From: an uncultured Acidimicrobiaceae bacterium
GTDB taxonomy: Bacteria; Actinomycetota; Acidimicrobiia; Acidimicrobiales; Bog-793
Length of the DNA stretch: 64,000 nt
NCBI GenBank assembly: GCA_963725215.1
Contig: CAVRXQ010000007.1
Span: forward strand, 658,743-722,742
Reading direction: 5' to 3'
In this document: piece by piece, positions 30,350 through 40,444 of the stretch
How positions within the stretch are numbered: position 1 is the first letter of the stretch
Layout: the number at the start of each line of letters is the position of its first letter
Position numbers and translations under genes: made by a program
Notes under the pieces: model-generated
Databases searched by the model: none
Told to the model about the DNA's origin: nothing
Seen by the model: the letters and a program-made list of their open reading frames with translations, nothing else

Positions 30350-31135
30350 GTGGCCGTCGTCACGATGAAACAGCTGCTCGAAGCCGGGGTTCACTTCGGG
30401 CACCAGACGAGACGTTGGAACCCGAAGATGAAGCGCTTCTTGTATGGGGAGCGCAACGGCATCTACATCATCGACCTGCACCAGACCCTCACCGGGATCG
30501 AAAAGGCGTACGCCTTCGTACGCGATCTCGTCGCAGACGGCAACACGGTGCTTTTCGTCGGAACGAAAAAGCAGACCCAAGGCCCGATCGCCGAGTACGC
30601 GACCGCCTGCGGGATGCCTTATGTCAACGAGCGATGGCTCGGCGGAATGCTGACGAACTTCGAGACCATCTCGAGCCGCGTGCGCAAGCTCGCCGAACTC
30701 GAGGGCCAACGCGACTCGGGCGAGTTCGAGCAAATGCCGAAGAAAGAGGCCCTCATGCTCCAGCGCGAGCTCGACAAGCTCGCCCGGAACCTGGGGGGCA
30801 TCCGCCGGTTGTCGCGGCGGCCAGACGCGCTGTTCGTGATCGACACGAAAAAAGAGCACATCGCGGTCACCGAGGCGCGAAAGCTCGGGATCCCCGTCGT
30901 GGCGGTCGTCGATTCGAACTGCGACCCGGACGAGATCGACTACCCGATTCCGGGCAACGACGACGCGATCCGCTCCGGGCGACTGATGTGCCGGGTGATC
31001 TCCGACGCCGTGATCGAGGGCCGCTTCATCGCCTCGCGCCGGGCGGCAGAGAACCTGAGAGCCGCTGACCAGGCCTCAGGGCCCCCGCCGGCGTACTCCG
31101 CGCCTGCTGTCGTCGGCGCGACAGAGGAGTCCTGA
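30350..31135 (+). CDS. rpsB: 30S ribosomal protein S2
   Basis: [22 protein letters not shown]...IYIIDL. RBS ggaaggag lies upstream of the GTG start. Confidence 0.95.
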   Translation: MAVVTMKQLLEAGVHFGHQTRRWNPKMKRFLYGERNGIYIIDLHQTLTGIEKAYAFVRDLVADGNTVLFVGTKKQTQGPIAEYATACGMPYVNERWLGGMLTNFETISSRVRKLAELEGQRDSGEFEQMPKKEALMLQRELDKLARNLGGIRRLSRRPDALFVIDTKKEHIAVTEARKLGIPVVAVVDSNCDPDEIDYPIPGNDDAIRSGRLMCRVISDAVIEGRFIASRRAAENLRAADQASGPPPAYSAPAVVGATEES

Positions 31136-31136
31136 G

Positions 31137-31937
31137 ATGGCAGAGATCACGGCGAAAGACGTCCAGGCGCTGCGCCAGTCGACGGGTGCGGGCATCCTCG
31201 ACGCGCGACGTGCGCTCGTCGAGACCGACGGAGATTTTGAAAAGGCGCGCCGCTGGCTGCGCGAACAAGGGCTTGCCGGCGCGTCGAAGCGAGCAGAGCG
31301 TGAGCGCGCCGAGGGCGCGGTGTCGGTCGTCGTGAGCGGCGACCACGGCGTCGGTGCCGTCGTCGCGCTCGAGTGCGAAACGGACTTCGTCGCGAAGGCA
31401 GCTGATTTCGTGCGCCTCGTCGACACGCTCGCGGAGACACTCGCGACCGACGGAGAGGAAGCGCTGGCGCGTCACGCCGAGGAGATCGACGAGTTGAAGG
31501 TGACGATGAAAGAGAACATCGCCATCGGCCAACACGCGCGATTCGAGTCCGACGGCTCGACGATCTTGGAGAGCTACCTCCACGTTCAGAACGGTCGTGG
31601 GGTGAACGGCGTGCTGATCGAGCTCGAAGGCGGTACCGCCGCGCTCGCGCACGATGTCGCCGTCCACATCGCGTTCGCCCGTCCGGAGTACTTGTCGCGA
31701 GCCGACGTGCCCGACGAGGTCATCGCGAGTGAGCGCGAAACGATGCTCGCGATCGCGAAGAACGAGGGCAAGCCGGAGTCTCAGCTCGAAAAGATCGTCG
31801 AAGGTCGTCTCGGCGGATGGTTCAAGGACCACGTGTTGTTCGATCAGCCGTTCGCGAAGGACGAGAAGCAGACGATCGCCCAGTTTCTCGGCGTCGCGAA
31901 GGTTCGCCGGTTCGCGCAGGTCGTCGTCGGTTCGTGA
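31137..31937 (+). CDS. tsf: translation elongation factor Ts
   Basis: ITAKDVQALRQSTGAGILDARRALVETDGDFEKARRWLREQG (UBA-like N-terminus). Follows rpsB. Confidence 0.94.
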   Translation: MAEITAKDVQALRQSTGAGILDARRALVETDGDFEKARRWLREQGLAGASKRAERERAEGAVSVVVSGDHGVGAVVALECETDFVAKAADFVRLVDTLAETLATDGEEALARHAEEIDELKVTMKENIAIGQHARFESDGSTILESYLHVQNGRGVNGVLIELEGGTAALAHDVAVHIAFARPEYLSRADVPDEVIASERETMLAIAKNEGKPESQLEKIVEGRLGGWFKDHVLFDQPFAKDEKQTIAQFLGVAKVRRFAQVVVGS

Positions 31938-32713
31938 CCGGTCACCAAGAAGTCGCCGCGGGTGCGTCCGGGGCGCTTGGCTCCGACGTGTTCGCGCGCA
32001 AGTGGTCGCGGGCTGTCCTCAAGATATCGGGCGAGGCGTTCGCGTCGTCTGCTTCGGACGAGACGATCGACGCGTCGACGGTTTCTCAGATGGCGAAGGA
32101 GATCGCCGACTCCGTCGATGAGCTCGGCATCGAGCTCGCCGTGATGATGGGCGGCGGCAACATCTGGCGGGGCCAGACCGGGGCGGGCGAGGGCATTGAT
32201 CGCGCGACCTCCGACACGATGGGCATGCTCGGGACGGTGATCAACGCGCTTGCGCTGCAGGACGCGATCGAGCGCGAAGGACGCCCGACGCGCGTGCTAT
32301 CCGCGATCTCGATGGCAGAGGTGTGCGAGCCGTACATCCGACGACGCGCGATCCGACACTTGGAGAAGGGTCGGGTCGTGATCTTCGCGGCGGGGATGGG
32401 AAATCCATACTTCACGACCGACACGCCAGCCGCGCTGCGTGCGGCGGAGATCGAGGCCGACGTCGTTCTGAAAGGGACGCATTCGGGTGTCGACGGCGTG
32501 TACAGCGCCGATCCCCGGCTTGATCCGAAGGCGACGAAATTCGAAGAGATCAGTTTCATGGAAGTCATTGCACGTGATCTTCGCGTGATGGATCTCACCG
32601 CGATCACCTTCTGCAAGGACAACGAACTTCCGATCCTCGTATTCGACCTCATGTCGCCGGGCAACATCCATGGAGCCCTCGCAGGCGGGCCAATCGGTAC
32701 GCTGATTCGATGA
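31934..32713 (+). CDS. pyrH: UMP kinase
   Basis: RAVLKISGEAF, GGGNIWRG and IFAAGMGNPYFTTDT. GTG 31934 overlaps the tsf stop (GTGA). A later start is possible. Confidence 0.9.
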   Translation: MTGHQEVAAGASGALGSDVFARKWSRAVLKISGEAFASSASDETIDASTVSQMAKEIADSVDELGIELAVMMGGGNIWRGQTGAGEGIDRATSDTMGMLGTVINALALQDAIEREGRPTRVLSAISMAEVCEPYIRRRAIRHLEKGRVVIFAAGMGNPYFTTDTPAALRAAEIEADVVLKGTHSGVDGVYSADPRLDPKATKFEEISFMEVIARDLRVMDLTAITFCKDNELPILVFDLMSPGNIHGALAGGPIGTLIR

Positions 32714-33282
32714 CCGCCGACGTCATAATCGAGGCTGCACTGAAAGACGCGCGCGAAAAGATGCAGCGCGCGATCGAACACGCGAAGGGCGAATTCGGGT
32801 CCGTTCGAACCGGACGGGCGGCACCGGTGCTCGTCGAGAAACTGAAAGTCGATTACTACGGCGCCGAGGTCACGCTGCAGAGCCTCGCCGGGATCACGGT
32901 GCCAGACGCGCGCACGTTGATTATCCACCCTTACGACAAGGGCGCGATGAAGGCGATCGAGAAGGCGATCCAGGTCTCGGACCTCGGGGTAAACCCGACC
33001 GATGACGGCGAGGTCATCAGGGTGTCGTTCCCTCAGCTGAACGAAGAGCGGCGACGCGACCTCGTGAAAGTCGTTCGCCAGCGCGCGGAGGAGGGTCGGG
33101 TCGCGCTGCGCAATGTGCGGCGACACGCGCGCCACGAGCTCGAAAGTCACGAACACGACGGCGCGGTCTCGTCCGACGACGTCGAACGCGCGAGCAAGGA
33201 GCTCGATCGAATCACCCACGACTTCGTCGCGGAGGTCGATCGATTGCTCGCCCACAAGGAGCAAGAACTGCTCGAGGTCTGA
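32710..33282 (+). CDS. frr: ribosome recycling factor
   Basis: FGSVRTGRA...LVEKLKVDYYG...PQLNEERRRDLVK. ATGA overlap with pyrH. Confidence 0.94.
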   Translation: MTADVIIEAALKDAREKMQRAIEHAKGEFGSVRTGRAAPVLVEKLKVDYYGAEVTLQSLAGITVPDARTLIIHPYDKGAMKAIEKAIQVSDLGVNPTDDGEVIRVSFPQLNEERRRDLVKVVRQRAEEGRVALRNVRRHARHELESHEHDGAVSSDDVERASKELDRITHDFVAEVDRLLAHKEQELLEV

Positions 33283-33328
33283 GACCCCGGGCCCTGGTGC
33301 GCCTCGTCGGCGCACCTGCGGAGGAGAT

Positions 33329-34798
33329 GTGCCGAACGACGCTATGGAAGATCGCGCTGAGCGCCCCTTGGGCGTGAGTCGAACTCATCTCCCACCCGAC
33401 GAGTCCGTCGACGAAGAAGCGCCGCGCCGGACCGGCGAGGTGCGCGTCGTCGCGGTCGAGGCGGCGGTCGCGGCGGGCCTCGTGGAACCGGATCCGGAAC
33501 CGGAACAGATGGTTCGAGCTCCCGAGGACACGGCGTCGATTCCACTTCCGGACTGGACGGATCCTCCGACGGGTCAGGTCCCTCGCGTGCTCCTCGACGT
33601 CGGAGAAGACCCAGACGCGCCGCGACCAAAGGGTCCGAGCTGGCGACAAAGCGCGCAGGACTGGGAACAAGACACCGACGCGCTCGAGTTCCTAATCGAA
33701 GAAGACGACGACGACGAAGCCGATGGCTCGTCGACGATCGCCGGGCGCGAGGCCAACGTCTCAGAGACGGACCCATTCGAATTCGACTTCGAGACCCCGA
33801 CGCTGCGTCCTCGCCCTCTGGTGGACGAACCGTCGACAACCGAGGCCCCTTCGACATTGAACGGCGTATCCGCCGGCTCCGGCTCCGACGACGCGGCGTG
33901 GAACGAGTTCGTCGCGCCCCCGGCGAAACATCGCCGAAAGGGAAGAGCGGCGCACCGCGCGCGACCGAGCACTGTGGCACCAAAACGCAACGCCGGTGTC
34001 GCGATCGCGACTGGGATCGTTCTCGCCGGAGTCGCGGTTGGGTGCTTCGAGAGCGGGCCGGTCGGAGCTCTCGCCGTTGCGGCTGTAGCACTCAGCCTTG
34101 CTGCCGGGGAGACGTTCGGTGCGCTGCGTCGTTCCGGATATCGGCCGCTTTCGTTCCTCGGCCTCGTCGCGACGGCCGCTCTTGTCGTCGGCGCCTATCT
34201 CAAAGGACCGGTCGCCGACCCCGTGTTGCTCGCCGGTCTCATCGTGCTCGCCGGTGGAGCCCTCGTGGTCTCTTCCGCAGAACGGTCAGCGGTCGAAGAC
34301 TTCGGGGCGACGATCCTCGTGGTGACCTGGGTCGGAATGCTCGGCTCATTCGCCGGGTTGCTCGTCAATCCGACGACCTTTCCACACCGTCACGGCGTCG
34401 CGTACCTTGGCGCCGTTGTCGGCATCACCGTCGCCCACGACATCGGGTCGTACGTGGTGGGCTCGAGATTCGGACGACACCGCCTGGCGCCGCGCGTCAG
34501 TCCGGGCAAGTCGATCGAGGGCCTGGTCGGCGGAACTGCGCTCGCCCTGGTCGTCGGGGGACTCGTCGTCGCTCGCGTGCACCCGTTCACCGTGGCTTCT
34601 TCTCTCGGGCTCGCTGCGCTCGTCGTCGTCTTGGCGCCGATCGGTGACCTCGTCCAATCGGTCGTAAAACGCGACCTCGGGCTGAAGGACATGGGTCGGT
34701 TGCTCCCGGCGCACGGGGGGATCTCGGACAGGATCGATGCGATCCTCTTTGTGCTTCCCGCCGCCTACATTTTTTTCCGACTGGTCCATCTCGGATGA
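33329..34798 (+). CDS. cdsA: phosphatidate cytidylyltransferase (CDP-diglyceride synthase) with a ~270-aa acidic/Pro-rich N-terminal extension
   Basis: The C-terminal half is a multi-TM CdsA core with the signature SVVKRDLGLKDMGRLLPAHGGISDRIDA. The N-terminal half is low-complexity (EEDDDDEADG, DPFEFDFE). Start is uncertain: GTG 33329 or ATG 33344. The ORF from 33113 would overlap frr. Confidence 0.85.
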   Translation: MPNDAMEDRAERPLGVSRTHLPPDESVDEEAPRRTGEVRVVAVEAAVAAGLVEPDPEPEQMVRAPEDTASIPLPDWTDPPTGQVPRVLLDVGEDPDAPRPKGPSWRQSAQDWEQDTDALEFLIEEDDDDEADGSSTIAGREANVSETDPFEFDFETPTLRPRPLVDEPSTTEAPSTLNGVSAGSGSDDAAWNEFVAPPAKHRRKGRAAHRARPSTVAPKRNAGVAIATGIVLAGVAVGCFESGPVGALAVAAVALSLAAGETFGALRRSGYRPLSFLGLVATAALVVGAYLKGPVADPVLLAGLIVLAGGALVVSSAERSAVEDFGATILVVTWVGMLGSFAGLLVNPTTFPHRHGVAYLGAVVGITVAHDIGSYVVGSRFGRHRLAPRVSPGKSIEGLVGGTALALVVGGLVVARVHPFTVASSLGLAALVVVLAPIGDLVQSVVKRDLGLKDMGRLLPAHGGISDRIDAILFVLPAAYIFFRLVHLG

Positions 34799-35997
34799 CC
34801 AGTCCCCGGACGGTCTCGGTGATCGGATCGACCGGCTCGATCGGACGCCAGGCGCTCGACGTCATCGAGCGCGCGCCCGAGGAGCTGCGCGTCGTCGCGA
34901 TCGGAGCGAACCGGTCGGTCGACGAGCTCGCGCGTCAGGCTGAGACGTTCCGCCCTGATGTCGTCGGGATCGGCGATTCCTCATTGGTTCCCGAACTCAA
35001 AGCGCGCTTACCTCACGGCACCGAGGTGCGCGGGGGCGACGAAGGGTTGGCATCGCTCGGCGAGCATGCGGACGTTGTACTGAACGCGGTCGTCGGCTTT
35101 GCAGGCCTCGGCGTCACCGTCGCTGCGCTCAAGTCGCGCCGAAGACTTGCTCTCGCGAACAAAGAATCACTCATTGCTGGCGCACCGGTCGTCCAGGCAG
35201 CGCGGGCGACGGAGGGCGCGGAGATCGTTCCCGTCGACTCCGAACATTGCGCGATCCACCAGTGCCTCGGCGAGCGCGATCTCGTCCGGGTGTTGTCGGC
35301 GGACGGGCCGGAGCCACCTGTCGACGTGACCCGGCTCGTGCTCACTGCCTCGGGAGGGCCGTTTAGGGGTCGGCGCCGCGCAGAGCTCGAGTCGGTCGGA
35401 ATCGACGACGCGCTCGCCCACCCCACCTGGAAGATGGGGCCGAAGATCACCGTCGACTCCTCAACGCTCATGAACAAAGGACTCGAGGTGATCGAGGCGC
35501 ACGAGCTCTTCGGCGTCGGATACGACCAGATCGAAGTCGTGATCCATCCGCAGTCGATCGTGCATTCGATGGTCGAGTTCTCCGACGGCGCGACGATCGC
35601 CCAGCTGTCGCGTCCCGACATGCGACTACCGATCGCGTACGCGTTGTCCTACCCGCGACGCTTCCGCCAGCCGTTCGGCGCGATCGTCTGGTCGCAGCTC
35701 TCCCGGCTCGATTTCTCGGCGCCAGATTACGAGACGTTCTCCTGTCTCGGCCTCGCCTTCGCCGCCGGGCGCGCCGGGGGATCGGCACCCGCCTGGCTCA
35801 ACGCGGCGAACGAGGTGGCTGTGGCGGCGTTCCTCTCCGGTCGCATCGGCTGGCTCGACATCTCGACCGTGGTGGAAGAGACGCTCGAGCGCCACGAAGA
35901 GTCGAAGCTCGTCGAGGTGGACGACGTGGTCGCGGCGGACGCGGAGGCCCGTGTCGTCGCGTCGACGGTCGTCGAGAACAAGAGCCGCGTCGCGTGA
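34795..35997 (+). CDS. dxr: 1-deoxy-D-xylulose 5-phosphate reductoisomerase
   Basis: VSVIGSTGSIGRQALDV, LANKESL, PVDSEH, LTASGGPF and NKGLEVIEAH. ATGA overlap with cdsA. Confidence 0.95.
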   Translation: MTSPRTVSVIGSTGSIGRQALDVIERAPEELRVVAIGANRSVDELARQAETFRPDVVGIGDSSLVPELKARLPHGTEVRGGDEGLASLGEHADVVLNAVVGFAGLGVTVAALKSRRRLALANKESLIAGAPVVQAARATEGAEIVPVDSEHCAIHQCLGERDLVRVLSADGPEPPVDVTRLVLTASGGPFRGRRRAELESVGIDDALAHPTWKMGPKITVDSSTLMNKGLEVIEAHELFGVGYDQIEVVIHPQSIVHSMVEFSDGATIAQLSRPDMRLPIAYALSYPRRFRQPFGAIVWSQLSRLDFSAPDYETFSCLGLAFAAGRAGGSAPAWLNAANEVAVAAFLSGRIGWLDISTVVEETLERHEESKLVEVDDVVAADAEARVVASTVVENKSRVA

Positions 35998-37332
35998 GCG
36001 AGCAAGCCGCGATCGCGCCCGGGGCGTCGCCGACGCCGTCCAACGCCGGGGCCGTCGTCCGCCTCGGCATCGCCGTCGCCGCCATCGTCGCGATCGCGGC
36101 GATCTTCCACGGCCTCGATGTGCTCCTCGTCGTCGCGGCGCTGGTGCTGATGGTGATGCTGCACGAGTTCGGGCACTTCGTCACGGCGAAGGCATCGGGG
36201 ATGAAAGTCACCGAGTTCTTCTTCGGCTTCGGACCGCGGTTGTGGTCGATCCACCGTGGCGAGACGGAATACGGCGTGAAGGCGATCCCCGCGGGAGGCT
36301 ACGTGCGGATCGTCGGGATGACCTCCCTCGAGGAGGTCGCGCCCGACGACGAAGCCCGCAGCTACCGCCAGGCAAGTTTCCCTCGCCGCTTGCTGGTCGC
36401 CATCTCTGGCTCGGCGATGCACTTCGTGATTGCGTTCGTGCTGTTGTTCGTGATGATCGCGTTTACCGGCTTGCCGAAATCGATCCCTACAAACGAGGTG
36501 AGCGGTCTCACCGCCTACTCGAACACGGCGAATCCCGCGCGAGCGGCGGGCGTTCGACCCGGCGACGTGCTCGTCGCTGTCAACGGCCACCACTACTCGA
36601 ATATCAACGGCTTCATTTCCTTCATCGAATCTCACCCCGGCGACACGGTCTCGCTCACCGTGCGGAGGTCGGGGCGACTCGTCACCTTGTCAGTGCCCGT
36701 GATCGACGGACGCCACGCCGACGTCGCGGCTGCTCACGGAACGCCGGAGAAGCACGGAAACAGCCCCGTCGGGGTGATCGGCATCGTCTTGGGCGGCAAC
36801 ACGCTCGTGACGACGTCGGTGCTGGCCGCGGTTCCCCGGTCTGCCACGATGCTCGGTCGGGTCGTCCAGGAGACCGCGGTCGGCTTCTCCCAGGTGTTCT
36901 CGTTCCACGGGCTGCGAACCTTCGTCCACGACGTCGCGACGGCCCGCAATTCGTCTGCCCCGGCGCCGAAAGGCTCGACGACTTCGACCCACGGTTCCTC
37001 GTCGTCGCGCTCGAGCGAGTTCCTGTCGTTGCCGGGAGCGGTGAACATCGCCGTCCAGGCGCTGCGTATCAACGTCTCGCTGCTGCTCTACATCCTCGTG
37101 GCGATCAATCTTTTCGTCGGGATGGCGAACCTGTTCCCGATGCTCCCGCTCGACGGAGGGCACGTCGCGATCCGCGATCTACGAGCGCATCCGATCACGC
37201 CGCAACCACCCCTACCACGCCGACGTCCGCAAGCTGATGCCCGTCGCCTACGCCTTCTTGGCGGCGTTGATCCTCCTCGGGCTGTCCGCGCTCTACGTCA
37301 ACATCGTCCAACCTCCGTCGTTGCCCCATTGA
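35994..37332 (+). CDS. rseP: RIP zinc metalloprotease RseP (site-2 protease), interrupted by a 1-nt insertion near 37173
   Basis: HEFGHFVTAKASGMKV (HExxH), a PDZ segment (RPGDVLVAVNG) and NLFPMLPLDGGHV. The conserved tail AIYERIRSRRNHPYHADVRKLMPVAYAFLAALILLGLSALYVNIV...* is in the +1 frame and stops at 37330-37332. Confidence 0.88.
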
Positions 37333-37438
37333 CGAGGCTTTTTCCATTCCGACCGCGAGGGTCGGATCGGACGTCGGGCGTAGGCTTGTGGTATCGGTGC
37401 AGCGTGCACCGCCTGGGCATCTTCTAGGAGACGCCGCC

Positions 37439-38695
37439 GTGGAAATCGCAGAAGTCACCCTGCCGAAACGTCGCCAGACGCGCCAGATCCGGGTCGGATC
37501 GGTCCCGGTCGGCGGCGGCGCGCCGGTCTCGGTGCAGTCGATGACGACGACGAAGACGGCCGACGTCGAAGGAACGCTGCAGCAGATCTATTCGCTCGCC
37601 GGCGCGGGTGCCGACATCGTGCGCTGCACGTGCAACGAGGCCGAAGCCGCCGAGGGGCTCGCGCGAATCATCCCCCGTTCGCCCGTGCCGATCGTCGCCG
37701 ACATCCACTTCCACGTCGAGATGGCCCTCGCCGCGCTTGAGGCGGGTGTGCAGGGCCTCCGGCTCAACCCCGGCAACTTGCGCAAGCCCGAGGAGATCAA
37801 GCTCGTGGCGAAGGAGGCGAAAGACCGCCGGGTGCCGATCCGCATCGGCGTCAACGCCGGCTCGCTCCACCCTGATCTGTACAAGAAATACGGTGGCGCG
37901 ACCGCGGAAGCGCTTGTCGAGTCGGCGCAGATGGAGCTGGCCTACTTTGACGAGGTCGGCTTCGAGGACGTAAAGATCTCCGTGAAGGCGTCGAACGTTC
38001 CCTTGATGATCGCCGCGTACCGCCTCGCCTCGCAGACCTTCGATCACCCCTTGCACCTCGGCGTGACCGAGGCCGGCCCGCCGCCGGCCGGGCTGATCAA
38101 GGCGACGGCCGGCATCGGGACGCTGCTCTCAGAAGGGATCGGAGACACGATCCGCTACTCGCTCACCGCGGACCCCGTCGAGGAGGCGATCGCCGGACGC
38201 AAGCTCCTCGAATCGCTTGGGCTACGCGAGCGAAAGGGCCTCGACCTCATCGCCTGTCCGTCGTGCGGCCGGGCGGAGATCGACGTCATCGCGGTGGCGA
38301 AGGAAGCCGAGCGCGTCCTCGAGGAGAAGAAGATCCCACTCCAGGTCGCGGTGATGGGCTGCGTCGTGAACGGGCCGGGCGAGGCGCGCGGCGCGGACCT
38401 CGGGATCGCGGCGGGCAAGCACAAGGGCCACCTGTTCATCCGGGGCAAGATCGTCCGCGTCGTACCCGAAGACGAGATGGTCGAGTCGCTCGTCACCGAG
38501 GCGGAGAAGATCGTCGCCGAGGGCATCGACGCGCGCATCGCCGCTGCCGACGACGGCGCGGAGAAAGAGGCCGAGGCGGACCGCCGCGTCCTCGTGGAGG
38601 AAAAAGGCGCCGATGCGAACCACTCCGAAGAAATCGTCGTAAAGATCCGCGAGCGCCTTTCTTCCTCGAAGGCCGAAGAGGCTCCGGCGGAATAG
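37439..38695 (+). CDS. ispG: 4-hydroxy-3-methylbut-2-en-1-yl diphosphate synthase (flavodoxin)
   Basis: PVSVQSMTTT, RIGVNAGSL, and the Fe-S Cys ligands ACPSCGR ... MGCVVNGPGE. GTG 37439 lies 9 nt after aggag; an earlier GTG at 37388 is possible. Confidence 0.92.
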   Translation: MEIAEVTLPKRRQTRQIRVGSVPVGGGAPVSVQSMTTTKTADVEGTLQQIYSLAGAGADIVRCTCNEAEAAEGLARIIPRSPVPIVADIHFHVEMALAALEAGVQGLRLNPGNLRKPEEIKLVAKEAKDRRVPIRIGVNAGSLHPDLYKKYGGATAEALVESAQMELAYFDEVGFEDVKISVKASNVPLMIAAYRLASQTFDHPLHLGVTEAGPPPAGLIKATAGIGTLLSEGIGDTIRYSLTADPVEEAIAGRKLLESLGLRERKGLDLIACPSCGRAEIDVIAVAKEAERVLEEKKIPLQVAVMGCVVNGPGEARGADLGIAAGKHKGHLFIRGKIVRVVPEDEMVESLVTEAEKIVAEGIDARIAAADDGAEKEAEADRRVLVEEKGADANHSEEIVVKIRERLSSSKAEEAPAE

Positions 38696-38789
38696 ACGGA
38701 CGACATGTCGATTCACGCGCGAGTTCCCAGTTCACGCCCAGAATGGGCCGCTACGATGCCGGCCCGAGGTAAGGGGAGAGCGAACAACG

Positions 38790-39806
38790 ATGGCATCGAA
38801 TAAGCGCTCGACGAAGCGCCCGACCCGTCCCGCCCAGCAGCGCCAGAACGGGCCGCGCCGTCTCGGCGGACAGGCGCCTCCGACGCGCTCCGCGAGCGCG
38901 CAGCGCCGCTACGAGCGCTCGCGCCGCACAAGGCGCAGTTCGAACCTGCAGGCGTGGGCTGGGGTCCTGCTCGTCGTGGCGGTGGTCCTCGCGTTCGCGA
39001 TCTACAAGCTCACCGACCACACCCCGAGCTCGAAGAACGGCGGCAATCTCGCCCTCGCCCCCGTCTCGGTCGTGAGCGAGCTTTCCTCGATCCCCGCATC
39101 GACGTTCAATGCGATCGGCACGGCGAAATCGACGGACCCCTTCACTGAGACGTCGAAACAGCCGTTCATCACCGCCGGCGGCAAGCCCCACGTCGTTTTC
39201 GTCGGTGCGGAATACTGCCCGTTCTGCGCGCTATCCCGCTGGTCGTTGGTCATCGCGCTCAGCAAGTTTGGGACGTTCAGCAACTTGCACCAAACGTCGT
39301 CGAACGCCGACTACGCGCCGATCCCGACGTTCAGCTTCGAGGGCTCCAAATACACGAGCCCATACATCACTTTTTCGGCGTATGAGGTAGCCGACCGGCA
39401 GGGCAACGCTCTCGACGTGCCGCCGCACTCGATCGACACGATCTTCAACACGTACGACGGGGTAAACACGACGAAGTCGAAGTTCAACGCCTCGACGGGG
39501 GTCGGCTACCCCTTCGTCGATTTCGCGAATCAGCACGTCTCATCCGGGGCGCCGCGGATCCTCGACAACACGATCCCGGGAGTCGCCGGAGGCGGTCCGG
39601 GAGGGTTCAACGGCATCGGCTACGCGATCGCCCACCCGACCTCGACGACCGGCAAGGCGATCAAGGCCACTGACTTCATCGCCGCGGCAAACTACGACAT
39701 GGCGGCGATTTGCGCCGTCGACGGCGGCAAGCCGGGAAGCATCTGTCACATGTCTGGCGTGAAGGCCGCTGCGAAGGTGATGGCGGCGACGAAGAAAGTC
39801 TCCTAG
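38790..39806 (+). CDS. DUF929-family membrane-anchored thioredoxin-like protein (CPFC motif)
   Basis: Arg-rich N-terminal tail, a single TM (WAGVLLVVAVVLAFAIY), then FVGAEYCPFCALSRWSLVIALSKFGTFS, typical of DUF929. The stop lies 2 nt before the VKOR start. Confidence 0.75.
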   Translation: MASNKRSTKRPTRPAQQRQNGPRRLGGQAPPTRSASAQRRYERSRRTRRSSNLQAWAGVLLVVAVVLAFAIYKLTDHTPSSKNGGNLALAPVSVVSELSSIPASTFNAIGTAKSTDPFTETSKQPFITAGGKPHVVFVGAEYCPFCALSRWSLVIALSKFGTFSNLHQTSSNADYAPIPTFSFEGSKYTSPYITFSAYEVADRQGNALDVPPHSIDTIFNTYDGVNTTKSKFNASTGVGYPFVDFANQHVSSGAPRILDNTIPGVAGGGPGGFNGIGYAIAHPTSTTGKAIKATDFIAAANYDMAAICAVDGGKPGSICHMSGVKAAAKVMAATKKVS

Positions 39807-39808
39807 GG

Positions 39809-40414
39809 ATGCCAAAGCCGCCGACTGCCGAGCGTGGCCGGCGCGCGCTGGCGGTACCACCGCCAGCCGAGGTCCGTCGGCGCTTCAGCTTCGGGGCACG
39901 CGGGCCGCGGCGTGAGGCGCGTGTTTCGGAGGATACGGAGAACCCGACAACGCGCTCTCGAATCGATGGCCGCAACGTCGTCGTCCTGCTGGCGTCGCTC
40001 GCCGGGGTCGGCGTCGCGTCGTACCTCACGCTCGCCCACTTCAGCGCCGGAATTCAGTTGTCGTGCCCGGCGACCGGTGCGATCAACTGCGAAGCCGTCA
40101 CCCACAGCCCCGAGTCCTACGTCTTCGGGATTCCGGTCGCGCTTCTCGGGTTGATCTACTTCGTCGCGATGACCGCAATCTCGGTACCCCCGCTGTGGCG
40201 TTCGACCTTCCGGGTCGTCGCGCAAGCGCGCCTCGCGATGGCGGTCGCGGGAATCGGGTTCGTCTGCTACCTCCTCTACGCAGAGCTGTTCGAGATCGGC
40301 AAGCTCTGTCTGTGGTGCACGGGCGTGCACGTGCTCACGCTGATCGTCTTTGCCGGCGTCACGACCGGATGGCGGCAGATCTCGGAGTACGCGACGGAGC
40401 CGTTCCGCCGCTGA
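39809..40414 (+). CDS. vitamin K epoxide reductase (VKOR) family protein
   Basis: TM protein with the loop Cys pair CPATGAINC and the active-site CxxC in GKLCLWCTGVH. Confidence 0.85.
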   Translation: MPKPPTAERGRRALAVPPPAEVRRRFSFGARGPRREARVSEDTENPTTRSRIDGRNVVVLLASLAGVGVASYLTLAHFSAGIQLSCPATGAINCEAVTHSPESYVFGIPVALLGLIYFVAMTAISVPPLWRSTFRVVAQARLAMAVAGIGFVCYLLYAELFEIGKLCLWCTGVHVLTLIVFAGVTTGWRQISEYATEPFRR

Positions 40415-40444
40415 CGGGCGCGCCGAGGTCGGTGGCGCGTCGTT

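Noticed and set aside
33113-33328. Longest-ORF start for cdsA at 33113
   Set aside because: It would overlap the last 170 nt of frr in another frame with an off-frame-like peptide. GTG 33329 or ATG 33344 just after a ggagga motif is more plausible.
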